Assembly (NCBI RefSeq): GCF_000002075.1
Contig: NW_004797710.1
Span: 102,356 to 166,355 of the forward strand
Length of the DNA: 64,000 bases
Source of the DNA: Aplysia californica
Taxonomy: Eukaryota
Direction of reading: 5' to 3'
Shown: positions 27,564-40,208 of the stretch, in pieces
Layout: each line of letters starts with the position of its first letter
Position numbering within the stretch: the stretch's first letter is position 1
The notes under the pieces: model-generated
Database searches by the model: none
Seen by the model: the letters and a program-made list of their open reading frames with translations, nothing else
Told to the model about the DNA's origin: nothing
Made by a program: the position numbers and the translations under genes

Positions 27564-27888
27564 CTGCTCGATTGATCATTAAAATTATGACATTGTACTT
27601 TTCTCAAATTGTGATTCCTCCAAGTCCAAAAACGGAGGAAAAATTATCTTTCATCGAAAAGACATCCGCAGTCTTCGTTTAGATCTAGATCTAGGCTAAC
27701 CTCGAAATTAGATCAATGATTTATGTCCGTCTATCTAGAATCTAGACCTAGGCCATAGATCTAGAAGTACCTAGGTCTACCCTGAGCCAAGAGGGCGCTG
27801 AAACTTTCCGAAATCACAAAAGAGTTCCCCTACCGGGTCTGTATACTTTGTGACTTTGTTCCCAGTTACCGGGTCTGTATACACTCCC
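27406..27888. mobile_element. 483-bp MULE-type MITE nested in piggyBac
   Basis: 9-bp TSD TTTCAAAAT (27397-27405; 27889-27897); ~95-bp TIRs with a doubled GTATACAGACCCGGTA motif. Confidence 0.85.
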
Positions 27889-28358
27889 TTTCAAAATAAT
27901 AAACTGAAAGCTGTTAATGAAACCATATTAGTAGATCTATGTATTGTTGTTTGAATTAGATTTGTTTACAAGTTTCACACGCAGGTAAGAGAAGGAAAAC
28001 ATTGACAACACATGTGACTTACCCAGCACTTCTATGGCGAAAATTCCCGCTCACAAGTCTATACATACTCCAAAAAAAAAAATGCAAATGTTCCCAATTT
28101 TGTAATCCAACAAGAATTTCACAGTAATCCTGTATGGAATGATGAAAACCAGTCTCTCACTTTTATTAGGCACTGTTCAAATTTGTATTTTTAAATGTTT
28201 GAAATAGAATTCTTGGAGATTTTCAGTCTGTACTGCAGTTGGCCAATCAAAGAATGATTGTTCACCCCTCTGCCGCGTTGAGGCCCAGTACAATGCGAGG
28301 GGGTTGGCCCTCAAAAGGACCTTGACAAAGACATTTTGATGTGGAACTATGTCTAAGT

Positions 28359-30372
28359 TTAGGCTGCCTGGTCTGCTGCTGTGCCTGCTGGTTCTGCGGC
28401 TGACTGGTCTGTTGTCTGCTGTAAGAGCTTCCTCCGAGCTCGCTGGTGGTCTTTCTGCGTATGGAAGAGCTCGAAACTAGGAGCGGCACAAAGTCCAAAG
28501 TCACATATCCTGCCCTCGAAGGTTGTTGACACTTTCTTCGGTGCAGCTCCAAGCTCTCGTCGCTTCTGGCTTGTCTCGGAGCAGACAAAGCAGTTCCTGT
28601 ACGGCTGCTTCCTTTTTTGTCCCTGGTTTGGCACCTTGGAGGGGAAGTGACGACCAGTCAGCCTGTGCAGTGGGTCCGCGCCTGGACTGGGAAGTGCCCT
28701 CCTTCTAGCATCTCGAATGGGAGCAAATGACACCATCTCCTTGCAGAGCTGGCGGCGGAAGGTTCAGTGGCTAATGGATCTCGCCCTGTTTGCTGCTGCT
28801 GTGGCCTTGTACAGAAGGTACACATTCAATTCTGCCGGCATAAACAAATGAAAAAACAGCTTTTTCCACCACTTCATAGTCCGTCTCTTGAATGAACTAT
28901 ACTGGACCATCTGGTCTGACCGGTCCACAGCGCCCATGTATTTATTGTAGTCAATCACAGCCTTGAATTTGTCTACAAGGTTGCCATCTCTGTCATGACG
29001 GTCTGTGCGCTGTGAAGAGGCGTCATGGATGGTCGTCAGCACGTTGATCTCCTTCTTGTCCATCCACTTGATATGGGTCAGCTTCCTGTTAGTCATCACC
29101 TTCAGGTCTCCCTTCGTCTTGACGACCTTTTTACCTTTCATGGCGGCTGCTGCTCCGGTTCTGTTTGTACGTAAGGTACCGAGGCTGGTGTTTTCCTGGA
29201 TAGAAGGTCGGTGAACAGAATCGGACTGGTGTAGTAGTTGTCCTCGTAAAGGTGATGACCGGCGTCCAGGTATGGAGTCAGCAGCCGCAGCACAATGTCG
29301 TAGGTGGCCCCCTTTCGTGAGGCTGGCTTCTTATCGCTGTACACTTCGAAGGCTGAGCAGTAGCCGTTGACGGAGTCACACAGCATGAACAACTACATCC
29401 CGAACTTGTCAGGCTTCTCCGGGTTGTATACTTTGAAGTACAGAGGGCCCCTCCAAGCTACCATCGCCTCATCGACGGCCAGTCTCTGAGTGGGATAGTA
29501 GGTTTCCTTGAACAACTGCTGAAGATGTTCCAGGAATGGAGCGATATTGTACAGGGGATTGAAGTTGGGGCTGTCCCTCGCGGGCGCTGCGTCGTTGTCG
29601 TTCAGGTGAAGGAACGTGAGGAGCAGCATGAAGCGATCCCGTGTCATGCATGCCCCAAAGAAGCTGAGGCCGTAGACCGCATCGTGGGATCAGTAGTCAT
29701 CCAGGTCTCCTATGTTGATTAGGCCCATGGCCGTAATTATGCCGAAGAAAGCCCACATCTCCTCGACAGTGGTTGCGACCCACTTACCGAAGTGGTGGAT
29801 ATATAATATATATATGTATATATGTGTGTATGTCACCAAACAGAACTGATCTTCCTTGTTTTCTGTTTCCTTTCTCACTTTTTTCCATTGATTTGTAACC
29901 TGCCCCCCCTCCCCCCTTTTTTCCAACAAACTTTACCTTTACCATTCCTATTATAATATATGCTTTACAAACCCTCAAATTGATTTCTTTCAGATCTTGT
30001 AAGTTATGATGTTACTTAGTTTCATTTGGGGTATATTTACCTGTTCGTTTCCTCGGTTATTCTCCCCATGACGTTGTCACCAACTAGTAATTTCAAGTAG
30101 GTGAAAGAAGAGACATCAGCGTCTACCCTCTTCTGCAGCCCAGGCTTGCCCGTGAAAGGGGGTGTCGTCGGGGTAGGCTGAGTGCCGAGATCATTCGCAC
30201 CCTCATCGTCGCTGCCAGCAAAGTAGACTTCTTTGGCTGACTCCTGACTCTCAAAACTTAGAGCGTCGAAGTCCTCAACAAAGTCGCTCGAGCTGCCAAC
30301 CAGCTAACGCAAAACGTCCGTGTTCGAGAGGACAAGTACCTGAACGCCGTCATCAGTAGTAAAAGATTCCAT
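28359..30372 (-). pseudogene. piggyBac (PGBD4-like) transposase with stops and frameshifts
   Basis: EETNR, MTRDRF..LL.FLHLNDN, AVDEAMV, KPDKFG, DNYYTS, YNKYMGAVDRSDQ, KWWKKLF, C-terminal Cys-rich domain. Confidence 0.95.
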
Positions 30373-30633
30373 TTCTACGCAGTGTTCAAAAGCAGTAGAA
30401 CTGTAGTTGAGCGATCGGAAGATTTAGATGGTTCTCGCTCAAAGAACGCAGAAAAAGTGCCGGAGATAACGTGGGTTCCAGATAAGATGGCGACAGTAAA
30501 GCGTCTGTTTATCTCAGTAGGTCAGTTAGCTAANNNNNNNNNNNNNNNNNNNNNNNNNNNNNNNNNNNNNNNNNNNNNNNNNNNNNNNNNNNNNNNNNNN
30601 NNNNNNNNNNNNNNNNNNNNNNNNNNNNNNNNN

Positions 30634-30760
30634 CAAAAAATTTTCTTCTCTAAAATTGTCTCCTTTCACCTCCTTCCCTGCTCTCTAGCAATGTTCTGTT
30701 GTCTGCTTTCATTTCCACTTTCTGCCCCCATCCCCTCACCTCCTTTGCCCCCTCCTTTGT
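30634..30760 (+). mobile_element. Partial SINE family 1
   Basis: Near-identical to 16644-16768. Confidence 0.9.
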
Positions 30761-31019
30761 CCCCGATTAATAAACCATTTTTTAAAGCTCAAACGTGCAC
30801 AAAACGCAGTCACACACACGCACTCAAAACATACAGACACACACATACATAAATCTTCATATATATACATACGTACATACACACTCGCACTCACACATAA
30901 TATACATCACTCACGCATGCAGCTAGACCTTAATACTCGCAATTAGGGTAAAATTGCGTATGTGCATAATAAGGGTGGGCCGACTCTGAGAACTTCCGAA
31001 CATTTTTGGGTTCGAGTTC

Positions 31020-31415
31020 GTTGAACCAAGGGTCAATGAATGTCGCTGCTGCCCATAAGAAGCGCTCTTCTGCACCGGCGAGTCTTGATAATATACTGGA
31101 TCTCAGCTTAGCTGCCAGATCACCTTTTGTTTGTCGCATGATCTTTTCCAGATTGTCAACTAAAGGAATGATCTTTGAAGCAGTTGGATATTTCTCTGAG
31201 CTCATTTCCCTGGTTGTCAGTTCAAACGGTTCCAAGATGCTGATGGCTTCTTTGACTTTGTTGAGTTCCTCCTCTGTCAGGAATTTCTCTGGTTTGTCCT
31301 CCTCTAGGAGTGCAGCTTTAAGTTAACAAACTGGTAGAGATGGAGAAACCTCTGAAACATATAGAAGGTGCTGTTCCATCTTGTGTCCACTTCTTGAATC
31401 AGTCGCAATGGTGGC
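31020..31415 (-). pseudogene. hAT (ZBED-like) transposase fragment
   Basis: LIQEVDTRWNSTFYMFQRF, LEPFELTT.EMS.EKYPTAS, ATFIDPWF. Confidence 0.88.
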
Positions 31416-31650
31416 TGAGATCTGGCATACCTGTTCGTCTCAATCCTAAACCTGTCTAAGAAATCATCTGTAAATATCTTGAAGAAATCAAGCATTCTTT
31501 TCTGAAGAAGATTCACATTTAGGGCAATTTGATCACCTGGAGCAACTAAATCAATATCTTTTTGATCAAATCCTTGAAATTCTTCATCCGAATCACCGTC
31601 ACTTTGAAGGAATATGTCAGGAACAGCAACGTTGGAGTCGCTCTCAGAAT
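31416..31650 (-). pseudogene. piggyBac transposase N-terminal fragment from a second family
   Basis: DSDEEFQGF and DFFKIFTDDFLDRFRIETNRYA. Confidence 0.75.
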
Positions 31651-32800
31651 CATGATGTGGTTGGTGTAGTCTGTGGCTCTTCCACCTGGCGATCGGGCAA
31701 CGGACAAAGTGAGGGATCTGTCGGGCGTTGGGATGTGCACCTCATTGATGTGGATTGCGCTGAGAGTGGTTGCATCCCAACATATAGTGGCAACTGGGCA
31801 TGACAGGAAGACTTCTTCAGCTTGGAGGAAACTGAGGTCACAGAGCTCATAGGCCATCCTGGCCACTGTTGGCTTGTGGGGAACCAAGGAAGGGATGTGT
31901 TACCTAACGAACAGAGTCAATCAGAGTACCGGCATGGGCCACAGGGATCTGCGAGAGCAAAGACCTGTACACAGTACTACACAGCCTTGCGCATTCTAGT
32001 CTAGGTACATCTTTCTCCACTTCCTCACTCTCTTTCTCCTCCAACAAACTGATTAGATAATCATTACTTTGTTGTAATTCCAAAATTTCTCTCTTCAGCT
32101 CCCCAACTTCTGCCTGCGTTCTTTTTAGCTCCTCACCTTGCTCTCCTAAAGACTTCAAAAAGGAATTCTTCTGCAATTTTAGAGACTGAATTTCCTTACG
32201 GAGCTCTGGAACTGCCTCTTCTGCAGCTGCTTTCGACTTCAATTTTCTCTTCAACTGCTTCCGCTCCTTTCTCAATTCTTTTTCTATTAAACTCTTTCTG
32301 TCCAGATTCTATCTTAAGCGTTTACAATTTTCCAACTTAGCTTTAGTTGAAGAAAATGTTGTTTTTGTCTGTGCATTCTGAGCCCGGAGTTTAACAACAG
32401 CAGCTCGCCTCTTTGTGTAAGAAGCACAGTCTCCTCGTAATTGTCAAGATGGTGGTGGCTCCAAGGGTACGGGTCCAGCGACGACAGGGGTGCTGCTCTG
32501 GAGGGGTTTGGGGGCATAGTGGCGACAGCTGTGCCGGCGAGAATGGTGCTTGCTGAAGGGGACTGGATTTCAATAGCGACTGATGTGGAGGGTATGGGGC
32601 TCTCTCACAGAGCTCAAGAAAAGCAGATGGTAGTCTGCATCCAAACAGCCACCAGGTTGTTCTACTGAGTGTCGTCATTACTCAGAACTTTTTTTTCCAC
32701 TGAGCAACATCAGCTGTCGTCTCAGATTGAGGCGAAATGTGCTTGTGTTTAATTATGAGGTAAAGTGGTTTGCAAAAGTGTTGACAGTGTCCTTCAGCAC
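31651..32800 (-). pseudogene. N-terminal part of another putative DDE transposase (coiled coil plus first catalytic strand); family uncertain
   Basis: Coiled coil (31904-32275), then PHKPTVARMAYEL, TICWDATT, HINEVH, PGGRATDY. Confidence 0.55.
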
Positions 32801-32869
32801 TTTTTTTTTTCAAAAATTTTTTTTAATTGGCATGTGCACTCACGGATGAAAGATAATACTGATCAAACT

Positions 32870-33154
32870 GTATGAAGCGACTACACCTAAGCTACAAGCG
32901 AGCACCTAGATCTAGATCTAAAGTTTTTCTGAGCACACCTCTATGATTGGCCCAAATATAGATGATGACGTATTTCTGCCATCTATTTATTGTCGTCTTC
33001 TTGGGTTTCCCCAAGACTCTTGGGATTCCCTCGCCATGACTCTCCAGTCACTGTTGACAAGATCTCGCTGTGTTTTATTTATATTTCAAAAATTAATTTG
33101 TGTTATCTTTTATACAATCTCAGCTATTTTCGAAACCATAAATTTACCTTCTCC

Positions 33155-33185
<31 letters not shown>

Positions 33186-33425
33186 GACACACACACACAC
33201 ACACTCAGACACACACACACGAGTCGGCATTGAAACCTAGATTGAGTGATGAAGCCCATCGTACGCTTTATGGCAAAGCGGGCCAGCCACGGTGGTGAGA
33301 TCTAGATTCTAGTCAACTGGCGAGGGAAGCCCTGGAAAACGACAAAAAGAGATGGGGAAATTTTATACGTCAACTATATTTGAGCCAATCACAGAGGTGT
33401 GCTAGGTGCTTGCTGCAGCTTCATG
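32870..33425. mobile_element. MITE-like inverted-repeat element
   Basis: AGCACACCTCTATGATTGGCCCAAATATAG (32932) mirrors CTATATTTGAGCCAATCACAGAGGTGTGCT (ends 33403). Outer AGCACCTAG/CTAGGTGCT also inverted. No TSD seen. Confidence 0.65.
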
Positions 33426-33802
33426 CGTAGCAAACGAAGAAGTGCCCAGAGTTGGGGAATAGGCTTGAATGAAAGGTTTTGTTGAGACAAAGACAAGACA
33501 AAGACAGTGGTGTAAAAATTGGTTGGAATGAACTTTGGTGGACCCACCTTGTTTACCTGTATTAATGCGCACTAGCCATAACAACTATGGCCCCCCGGCA
33601 ACAATAAAAAAAAACAACATAAATGCAAAACAATAACTTTTATTGGAGCGGACCATTGTACAGGGAGGGTCAAAAATAGTTCTGGCTGTTTTCTGTGTTG
33701 GGTCCACCAAAGCCGAAGTTCAATCTTACCCAAAAATTATCCTTCTATCTTAATTAGATTCTAGTTAAAAAGTTATGGTAAAAAAGGTGTCATGAGAAAG
33801 GG

Positions 33803-33842
<40 letters not shown>

Positions 33843-34103
33843 ATAGAACAAAAACTTGTGACCATTTCGTGAGATCAACTCCATAAAATCTGCTGTTATT
33901 CCATTAATACTAAGTGTATCGTCTATATTTTAAGAGAAGTAGGCTATCTCCTGCATAATGGTGGCCGACGTCCGAAATCAGAAAGCATCAATTATTATAT
34001 TTTCATTTTTTTAAAAAATTTCTTGAGTATTTTATGGTGTATGTTGTTGTTGCTGTTTGTTGTTATTGTTACTGTTGAGTAAAATTGTGACTGATGCATT
34101 CAG

Positions 34104-34336
34104 CGGCGTCGGTAGCCTAGTGGTTAGGCTACCGGACTCGTAATCGTGAGATTGCGGGTTCGGGGGTTCGAGCCTCAGCTCGGTCCGACGTTGTGTCCTT
34201 GGGAAAGGCACTTTACACGAACTTCCCAATTGGCTCGGTCCTATCGGAGACGGACGTTAAATAAGGAGGTCCCGCCTCTTAAATAACCTAATAGTGTTGA
34301 TAGGGGCGTTAAACTCATACCATTTCACCATTTTTT
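34104..34336 (+). mobile_element. tRNA-derived SINE family 2
   Basis: A box TAGCCTAGTGG, B box GGTTCGAGCC, body GTGTCCTTGGGAAAGGCACTT, CATTT tail, TSD TGCATTCAG (34095; 34337). Second copy at 54160. Confidence 0.88.
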
Positions 34337-34413
34337 TGCATTCAGTGGACAGTGCCTGTGAAAGAAAAAACTGGCTTTCTCATTTTGTTGCTGTAGAAAT
34401 GGTATATGTGCAG

Positions 34414-35105
34414 TCAGTGTTGTATGCTGCCTGCTATTCCATGTCCTCTGCAGAATGAGCACAGGAACGTGTCTTTGCCTTTGGAATAATCTTGGCAGGT
34501 CCAGTGGTGCCACAGGTTGCATGAATCGCAACACACACTGTTGCTGCCCTCCTGATGGCGTTCTCTGGGTTCCAAACACAGGTTGTCACAAGTTGGACAA
34601 AAGAAAAATTCTTTGAGGCCAAGTAGGTGCTTGCTTATGTAGCCTTTATAAAACACAACTAGTTTTTGCTGAATGTCTTCCCACAGCTTGTCATCCCTTA
34701 ACACTTGTATAACTAATGGCTTGACATCCAATGAAGAAACATCAAAGTATCCTGTTTTAAATCCAGTGATGGCAAGCTGTGTGTGGAAATGGTAATAATA
34801 CCCATGGTCACGTTTCAGTTCCAGATCCCCGTTTTCACATTTGCACACAAAATCTGTTCCTGTCATAGTTCTCCTCAATGTTTTTTCCCTTCAACTTGAA
34901 AGGGCACTTTAATTCCACAGTACTAAAACCATGACAGTCACAGTGCAGGACGGCACTAGGGCTGGTTCCAATGTATGGATGTGTACTCTTCACATAGAGC
35001 CCAGGTCTTCTCATGGTGACGTTCAGATGATCCGAATTCAATTTCATACTTGTTTCAAATTCCTGAAGACCACTTTCTTCACTGTCTCTGCCCCACTTAA
35101 TGGCC
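34414..35105 (-). pseudogene. YqaJ/lambda-exonuclease-like domain plus PHD finger (ISL2EU-type transposon accessory ORF), decayed
   Basis: AIKWG..SE, PGL...HPYIGTSP...HCDCHG..VELKCP, HGYYY..HTQL, then CDSCNLWHHWTC...FLCSFC. Confidence 0.85.
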
Positions 35106-35605
35106 TATATCCAAGAACTTGCAAGTCCACCCCAAGTTTTGACATTGGCAGCGACTCCTAGAAACGGTCCGTTGAAAACAAAACCATCCATTAGATGCAC
35201 TAGGACAAAGATTAGGAAAACTGTCAAGTTTCCGGATCTGGTGAGCAGACAGGAAATTGTTGCAATGTTGGAAGAAAAGGGACATAAGAAAGGAGTTGAC
35301 GTGAAAAGGAAAGTAGAGAGAAAAGTAGGGCAGGTTCAAAAGAAGAAAGAAGTGGAAAAGAGGAAAGACGAAATCAGGCTGAGGAAAAAGAAGAAGCAAG
35401 AAAAGAAGAAGAAGGAAGCTGAAAGAAAGAAACAAAAAGCGCCCAAGAGGAAAAATGAAAAACTGCAGAATATTTTGGCAAAGAGTGAAGAGAAGAATGG
35501 AAAGGGAAAGAGACAGCGAAAGGATGAAGAGAGTGACACTGACACCTCAGTTGATGAAAGTGAAATGTTATTCCAATCAGAACAAGGAGAGGCATATGAC
35601 GACAG
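35106..35605 (+). pseudogene. Lys/Glu-rich C-terminal tail resembling pogo/Tigger-like transposases
   Basis: EIVAMLEEK followed by a K/R-rich coiled coil and an acidic patch (EESDTD). No catalytic domain present. Confidence 0.45.
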
Positions 35606-35609
35606 TCTA

Positions 35610-36325
35610 GCAGACACCACCGAAGGTCGTAATCTTTTCAAGTCCGGCCAGTTCTTTATCCGATGCACACTTGATGAGGAGAGCACCAGAGGACAGTTTC
35701 TGGACATTCGTAGGAATGTATCCCAGAACCTGTCTTAGAGCATCTCCTATCTTGAATACGTTTAGATCAGTCATCTTTTTCTGTGCATCGGTACTGCGGA
35801 TGGTCAAGTACGGCTGCCGCGTAAGCTCCCTGAGAGGGGGGGAGGGCAGAGGCAGTCGTAAAGGTCCTTTTTCCTTTTGTAGTTTGTTTGCTCGGCTCGG
35901 CGGCCGCACCGGCTTCCGCGAGCCGAGACTTTTTTATAACGTTGGGAGTTGGGGAAGGGTTTTTAATGGTAGAGGAATCCATGTGAGTTTTGGTGGTTCA
36001 ACTCCGGGGGTCCCCGTCCGCCATCGAGCCCAACAAGGGGACACATTGCTCGGATTACCAGAGCTGTGCCAGGGCTACCCCTGAGCTATACTCTCCACGA
36101 GAGTGCATAAAACGCTCCCGTCAAGATTGACCCAGGGCTTGATGTTGTTTCAACTCCCAACCGATTGAGTGGCATGGGCCGTGCCACCCTCCCGTCTAAG
36201 AGGAAAACCTGGGCCAAAGAGGTGTGTTGGTGAGGGACAGTCCGTAGACTGATCTCACCTCAACCGCCAGGTGCCCGGTTTCCCTCCGCACAGGTCGCAC
36301 CTCACGGTCAACAAGGCGCCCACTC
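35610..36325 (-). mobile_element. I/Nimb-clade LINE 5' UTR and ORF1 N-terminus
   Basis: YLTIRS....MTDLNVFKIGDAL..VLG....VQKLSSGALLIKC, typical of the ORF1 N-terminus, preceded by a GC-rich leader. Confidence 0.7.
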
Positions 36326-36334
36326 TAACAGAGA

Positions 36335-37260
36335 CATCCATCTGTGTCCAACCCTTTCCTTCGGCTGTTTCTCAGGAACTCCAAGAACACTGCATACATT
36401 AGGAAAATCCTCTTTTTATATTCGGACTGTAAACAAAGTCCCTGTGGATATCATCAAGCAATAATGCAAGATGATTGTCTGGATCCTATTCCGATGAAAA
36501 TTGCCTTGTAATGTTATGAACATAATGGCAAACATCACCATCAATTTGGAGAAGATGGGGTATATCACCTCTTTACTTTGCCTTTAATCCATTTTGAGAG
36601 TCTCTCATGTAAGCAGCAGTCTGATAAAAAAGATGTCAAATTATGAAGAGGAATAAAAATAGCAAGGCTGACCCGTCAGTTGCACACCTACAGGTGCCAA
36701 TTCACGGTGCGGCTGGGCTGACATGCAGCGAGCGTGCCTTGCGCTTTCTCAGACACAGACGTGCAGAGCCACTCTGGGACCGGCCTAACTCTAAATGAAC
36801 TCTAAATGAACTCTAAATGGAAATAAAAGAATATTCAGCACATGCTTCTTGTTGGACTTGGTGGTAGCTTCATCCAAGTTGGTAGAAAATGGCACATGTC
36901 TTAATGTTGATTATTCTTTTACGAGTAACTTCATGGATTCCATGTTTTAACTTGTATGTAGTGGTGAAATGCCACATGGACAGAGTCTGCAAAGCTTTGT
37001 AGTCTGAGGATAGAGTCTGGGCAAGCTTGATAAGATGTGGTGCTCAATTGAGAGGAAGAGTATGCTCAGCTAAAAAGGCGCAAATCAATGCTTCCTGTTG
37101 GGATACTCTATCTTTAAAACTTGGTGTTTTGCTGTGGTTGCATGCAGATACAGATTTTTTTGCGCCACTTTCCATTACTGCCCATTGCGTGGTGTGTGGG
37201 CGCCGAGATAGTCGGAAAACAATGTTTAATAGGAGGAATCTGTTGCACTATTTTTTTGAT
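36335..37260 (-). pseudogene. hAT transposase fragments (another family), interrupted near 36660-36820
   Basis: SFKDRVSQQEALICAFLAEHTLP, HLIKLAQ.LS.D.KAL, YKLKHG; DAAYMR...HLLQIDGDVCHYVHN. Confidence 0.7.
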
Positions 37261-37859
37261 AAAGACAAAAAATAAGTTCCGTTGCGTTGCTTTCCGTGGT
37301 CTGTGGGCGGGTGCCTTGACACAATAGAATTGGAATATGAATCCTCCATATAGTGATCTATATATATCTCGTTCTAGTAGAACAAGTAAATAGGCCTTGA
37401 ATGAAATCCACATCCGAGCAGTCGGTTAATAGACGAAATTCAAAATGGCCGCTAAAGCATGAGACATGAAAGTAATGTACGTCGTCGTATTCGTATTTCT
37501 ACTCAGGTTCTGACAATTATGTCGGAAACACTGATGTTGGCACAAAAACGAAAGTGCAGACAAAGCCGACTGGAGAAAAGGGGGGGGGCTGGCGATTGGC
37601 CAGGCCTCACACAGGGTCGGGTCGCGATTGTTGACTAACATGCAGGTCTTTTCCAAGAGCAGATGGCGTCCACTGCGACAGATCTGGATGTCGTTTAAAA
37701 AGAAGTCCCTCAGCCATTGTGTACTAGAAAGGTTGTCTGGAGTATTGGTGACAGCCTGGCGTGCTTCCAGGATAGCCTGGATGGTGTCCTTACTTTATGT
37801 CCTGCTTTGATTTTCCAAAGCCTCTCCTGGCACTGTAAGTACAGCTGACCACGCACTAC

Positions 37860-38105
37860 AAAGCAAGCACAAACACCAAAACATTTCAAGCAGAGTCCTA
37901 AAGCTTGTCTTGTAGAAAATTACTGCGGTGCGGAGCTAGTCTTCACAGATGACTCTATATCGGGCTCAGCTGTGGGCGCCGCTGTGCTATCCTCAAACAG
38001 TACACACCAGAGAAGTCTCCATCCCGAAGCCTACATTTTCTCTGCGGAGGCCACTGCCATTGATATGGCACTGGACTCGGTAGAAAATTCTCCTAACAAA
38101 TCTTG
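37860..38105 (+). mobile_element. I/Nimb LINE RNase H fragment
   Basis: Nucleotide match to 43400-43640 (CACACCAGAG..CTCCATCC.GAAGCC..CATTTTC.CTGCGGAGGCCACTGCCATTGA). Confidence 0.88.
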
Positions 38106-38469
38106 TATGGCTGCTAGCAACGTGACTTTGGTGTAAGGATGTTGCGGTACTGGTCCAGTGATATTGCGAACGATTAAGTATTGATGAAGTAGACTGAAAA
38201 TTTTTTTTTATCGAAGGTGTCTCTGCTAGAGAGAAAAAAACGAACTCGGCAACACCCACAGAAGTATTGCAATTTTTCTTGCGATGCAGCTGTTTTCTTA
38301 AAATCGATGATTTGACCTAAACATAACCAAGCATATCAATCAAACATGTATCTTACTTATGCAAGATCCACCCTATCATAAATGATTGCATTGTTTGCAA
38401 GATTGAAAGATTCAATGTGTTCCTCTTTCAAAAGTTTTTCTCTCAGCCTGGATTTCCAAGTCGCCATCA

Positions 38470-40138
38470 TTTATGGTCCAGGAAAGAATTCACTCCTCTT
38501 TTTAAAATTCCATGCAGGTTTTGGTCTTTGTGGCAGGTTCAGAGCAGTTGTCCTTTCAAAAATTTTCGAGCCACCATGTCTCTTCATTCGTGAAGGAAGT
38601 TTTAGGTTGGGTAATGTCTCCGAAAAGTCTGTGTCCTTTATTATGACATCCTTATGTGCTACAGTAGCAGGAGCAGTGTCAGAAAGAAAAGTTGAAGTGC
38701 TTGGTGAAAGAATCAGCTGTCTCATCTCCCTTGATCTGCCAGATGGGTTGGTTCGATGTATTGACATTTGGTGAACTGGTTCTGTGGCCACCGGTGTAGG
38801 TTGATTGGCTGGAAAAATCTGTATCCACTATTATGGCATCTCCACTGGCTACCGTAGCGGGAGCAGTGTCAAAAAGAAAAGTTGAAGTACTTGGTGAAGG
38901 AATCGGCTGTCTTGGCTCCCTCGATTCACCAAATGGGTTGGTTCGATGTATTGACATTTGGCGAACTGGTCTTGTGGCCATTGATGTGGGTTGATTGGCT
39001 GGGCGTTGTCGTGTTTCCTGCAAGAGGATGACTTTCAACATACTCAACTACCACACTCATCCTTTGCTCATTCACCATCTGGTCCGTAAGCTTAACCTGT
39101 TCCCATTGCTGCTCAAACATCCGCAGTGGGAGCATGGCCAAGGCAGATGCCAATTTGGCGCGTTGCACTTTGGCTTCACTTAATTTTGTACTGAAGTCAT
39201 CAGAAGCAAGCCTTGGGTCATGAACTGACCTGAAGTTGATTTCAGAATCCATCTGGGTTCTGTAAGTACCACACTCTCTTGTTTCTCTGTTTTTTCCTCA
39301 CTCCACATGGTGGGTGGTTGGAGGGCACCACTGGTAGGTTCTACTTCTTTACTTTCCCCTCTGTTGTTTCTGTCTGTCTGTCTCAAATTCAAAACCTCTT
39401 CAGGTACTTGACTTGAATACGACCATGTGAATCTCCGCCTGATACGAACTAGTCAAAGAGCCTCCAATAAAATTAGCCATTCAATGCACACACATTTTAC
39501 ACATTGTCATGATCAGTAGCGTTCACTACACACAACAAGCAGGCTTACTAGTTTGACTTAAGATAAGCCTAACACGGCTTATTTTCATCGGTCTGTGCAG
39601 CAGAGTAAGGAGGTCGGTTTGATGTCATCCACTCTGAACTGAAGCCACGTCCCCTGAATTGTTGACGGAACAATCTGCCTCTCTGGAAGCCATGGCCTCG
39701 CTGACCTCGTGATCTGTCGGTTCTACTACTTGCTCTTTCCCTTGAAATTGCCAAGTCAGCAGCGATCCGCAGATTATATAGCGATGACTCATTGAACGCT
39801 GATGTGTGATTTTCAAACGACCTGAATAAGCGTGCCGTTTCGAGGGCTGTGGTGTAGACGTTTGTGCAGGGGTGCCAATGTCAAAGGTTCCCACGAATAA
39901 AGGAGTACTTGAAGAACTGAGACTTGTACATGGTTTCCGGTTCTTCATCTGAAATGGTTCCACATTGGTGGTTGTTTTTCTGTCACTGAGGAATGGCTTG
40001 ATGGTAAGCTAGCGGTCATATAAATACCACTTTCCTTTGACCCCACCAGCAGATACTGATTTCTTTGTTGTCAAAACACGATGTACTTTCATGAAAAATT
40101 CCCAGAGTTGCTTCCATCGCTTTCTAGCTTCTTGCTCT
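38470..40138 (-). pseudogene. Decayed MADF/Myb-SANT accessory gene of a PIF/Harbinger element
   Basis: Splice acceptor then EQEARKRWKQL.EFF.K...KKS.SAGG...KWYLYD. Low-complexity S/T/P downstream with an internal ~180-bp duplication (38615-39000). Left limit uncertain. Confidence 0.6.
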
Positions 40139-40208
40139 GTGAAAAGATAAGTTTTATTTGATTTGTTACTCATATTTGTCTAATTTACTTTTTTTTTGGT
40201 ATTACAGA

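Larger units (their letters stand above)
27169..30533 (-). mobile_element. piggyBac DNA transposon; one end visible, the other lost in a gap
   Basis: TTAA|CCCTTG terminus at 27165-27174; transposase remnants at 28359-30372. Confidence 0.88.

Noticed and set aside
34414-35105. Phage recombinase or viral insertion
   Set aside because: YqaJ fused to a PHD finger is a known animal transposon accessory ORF; there are no viral neighbours.
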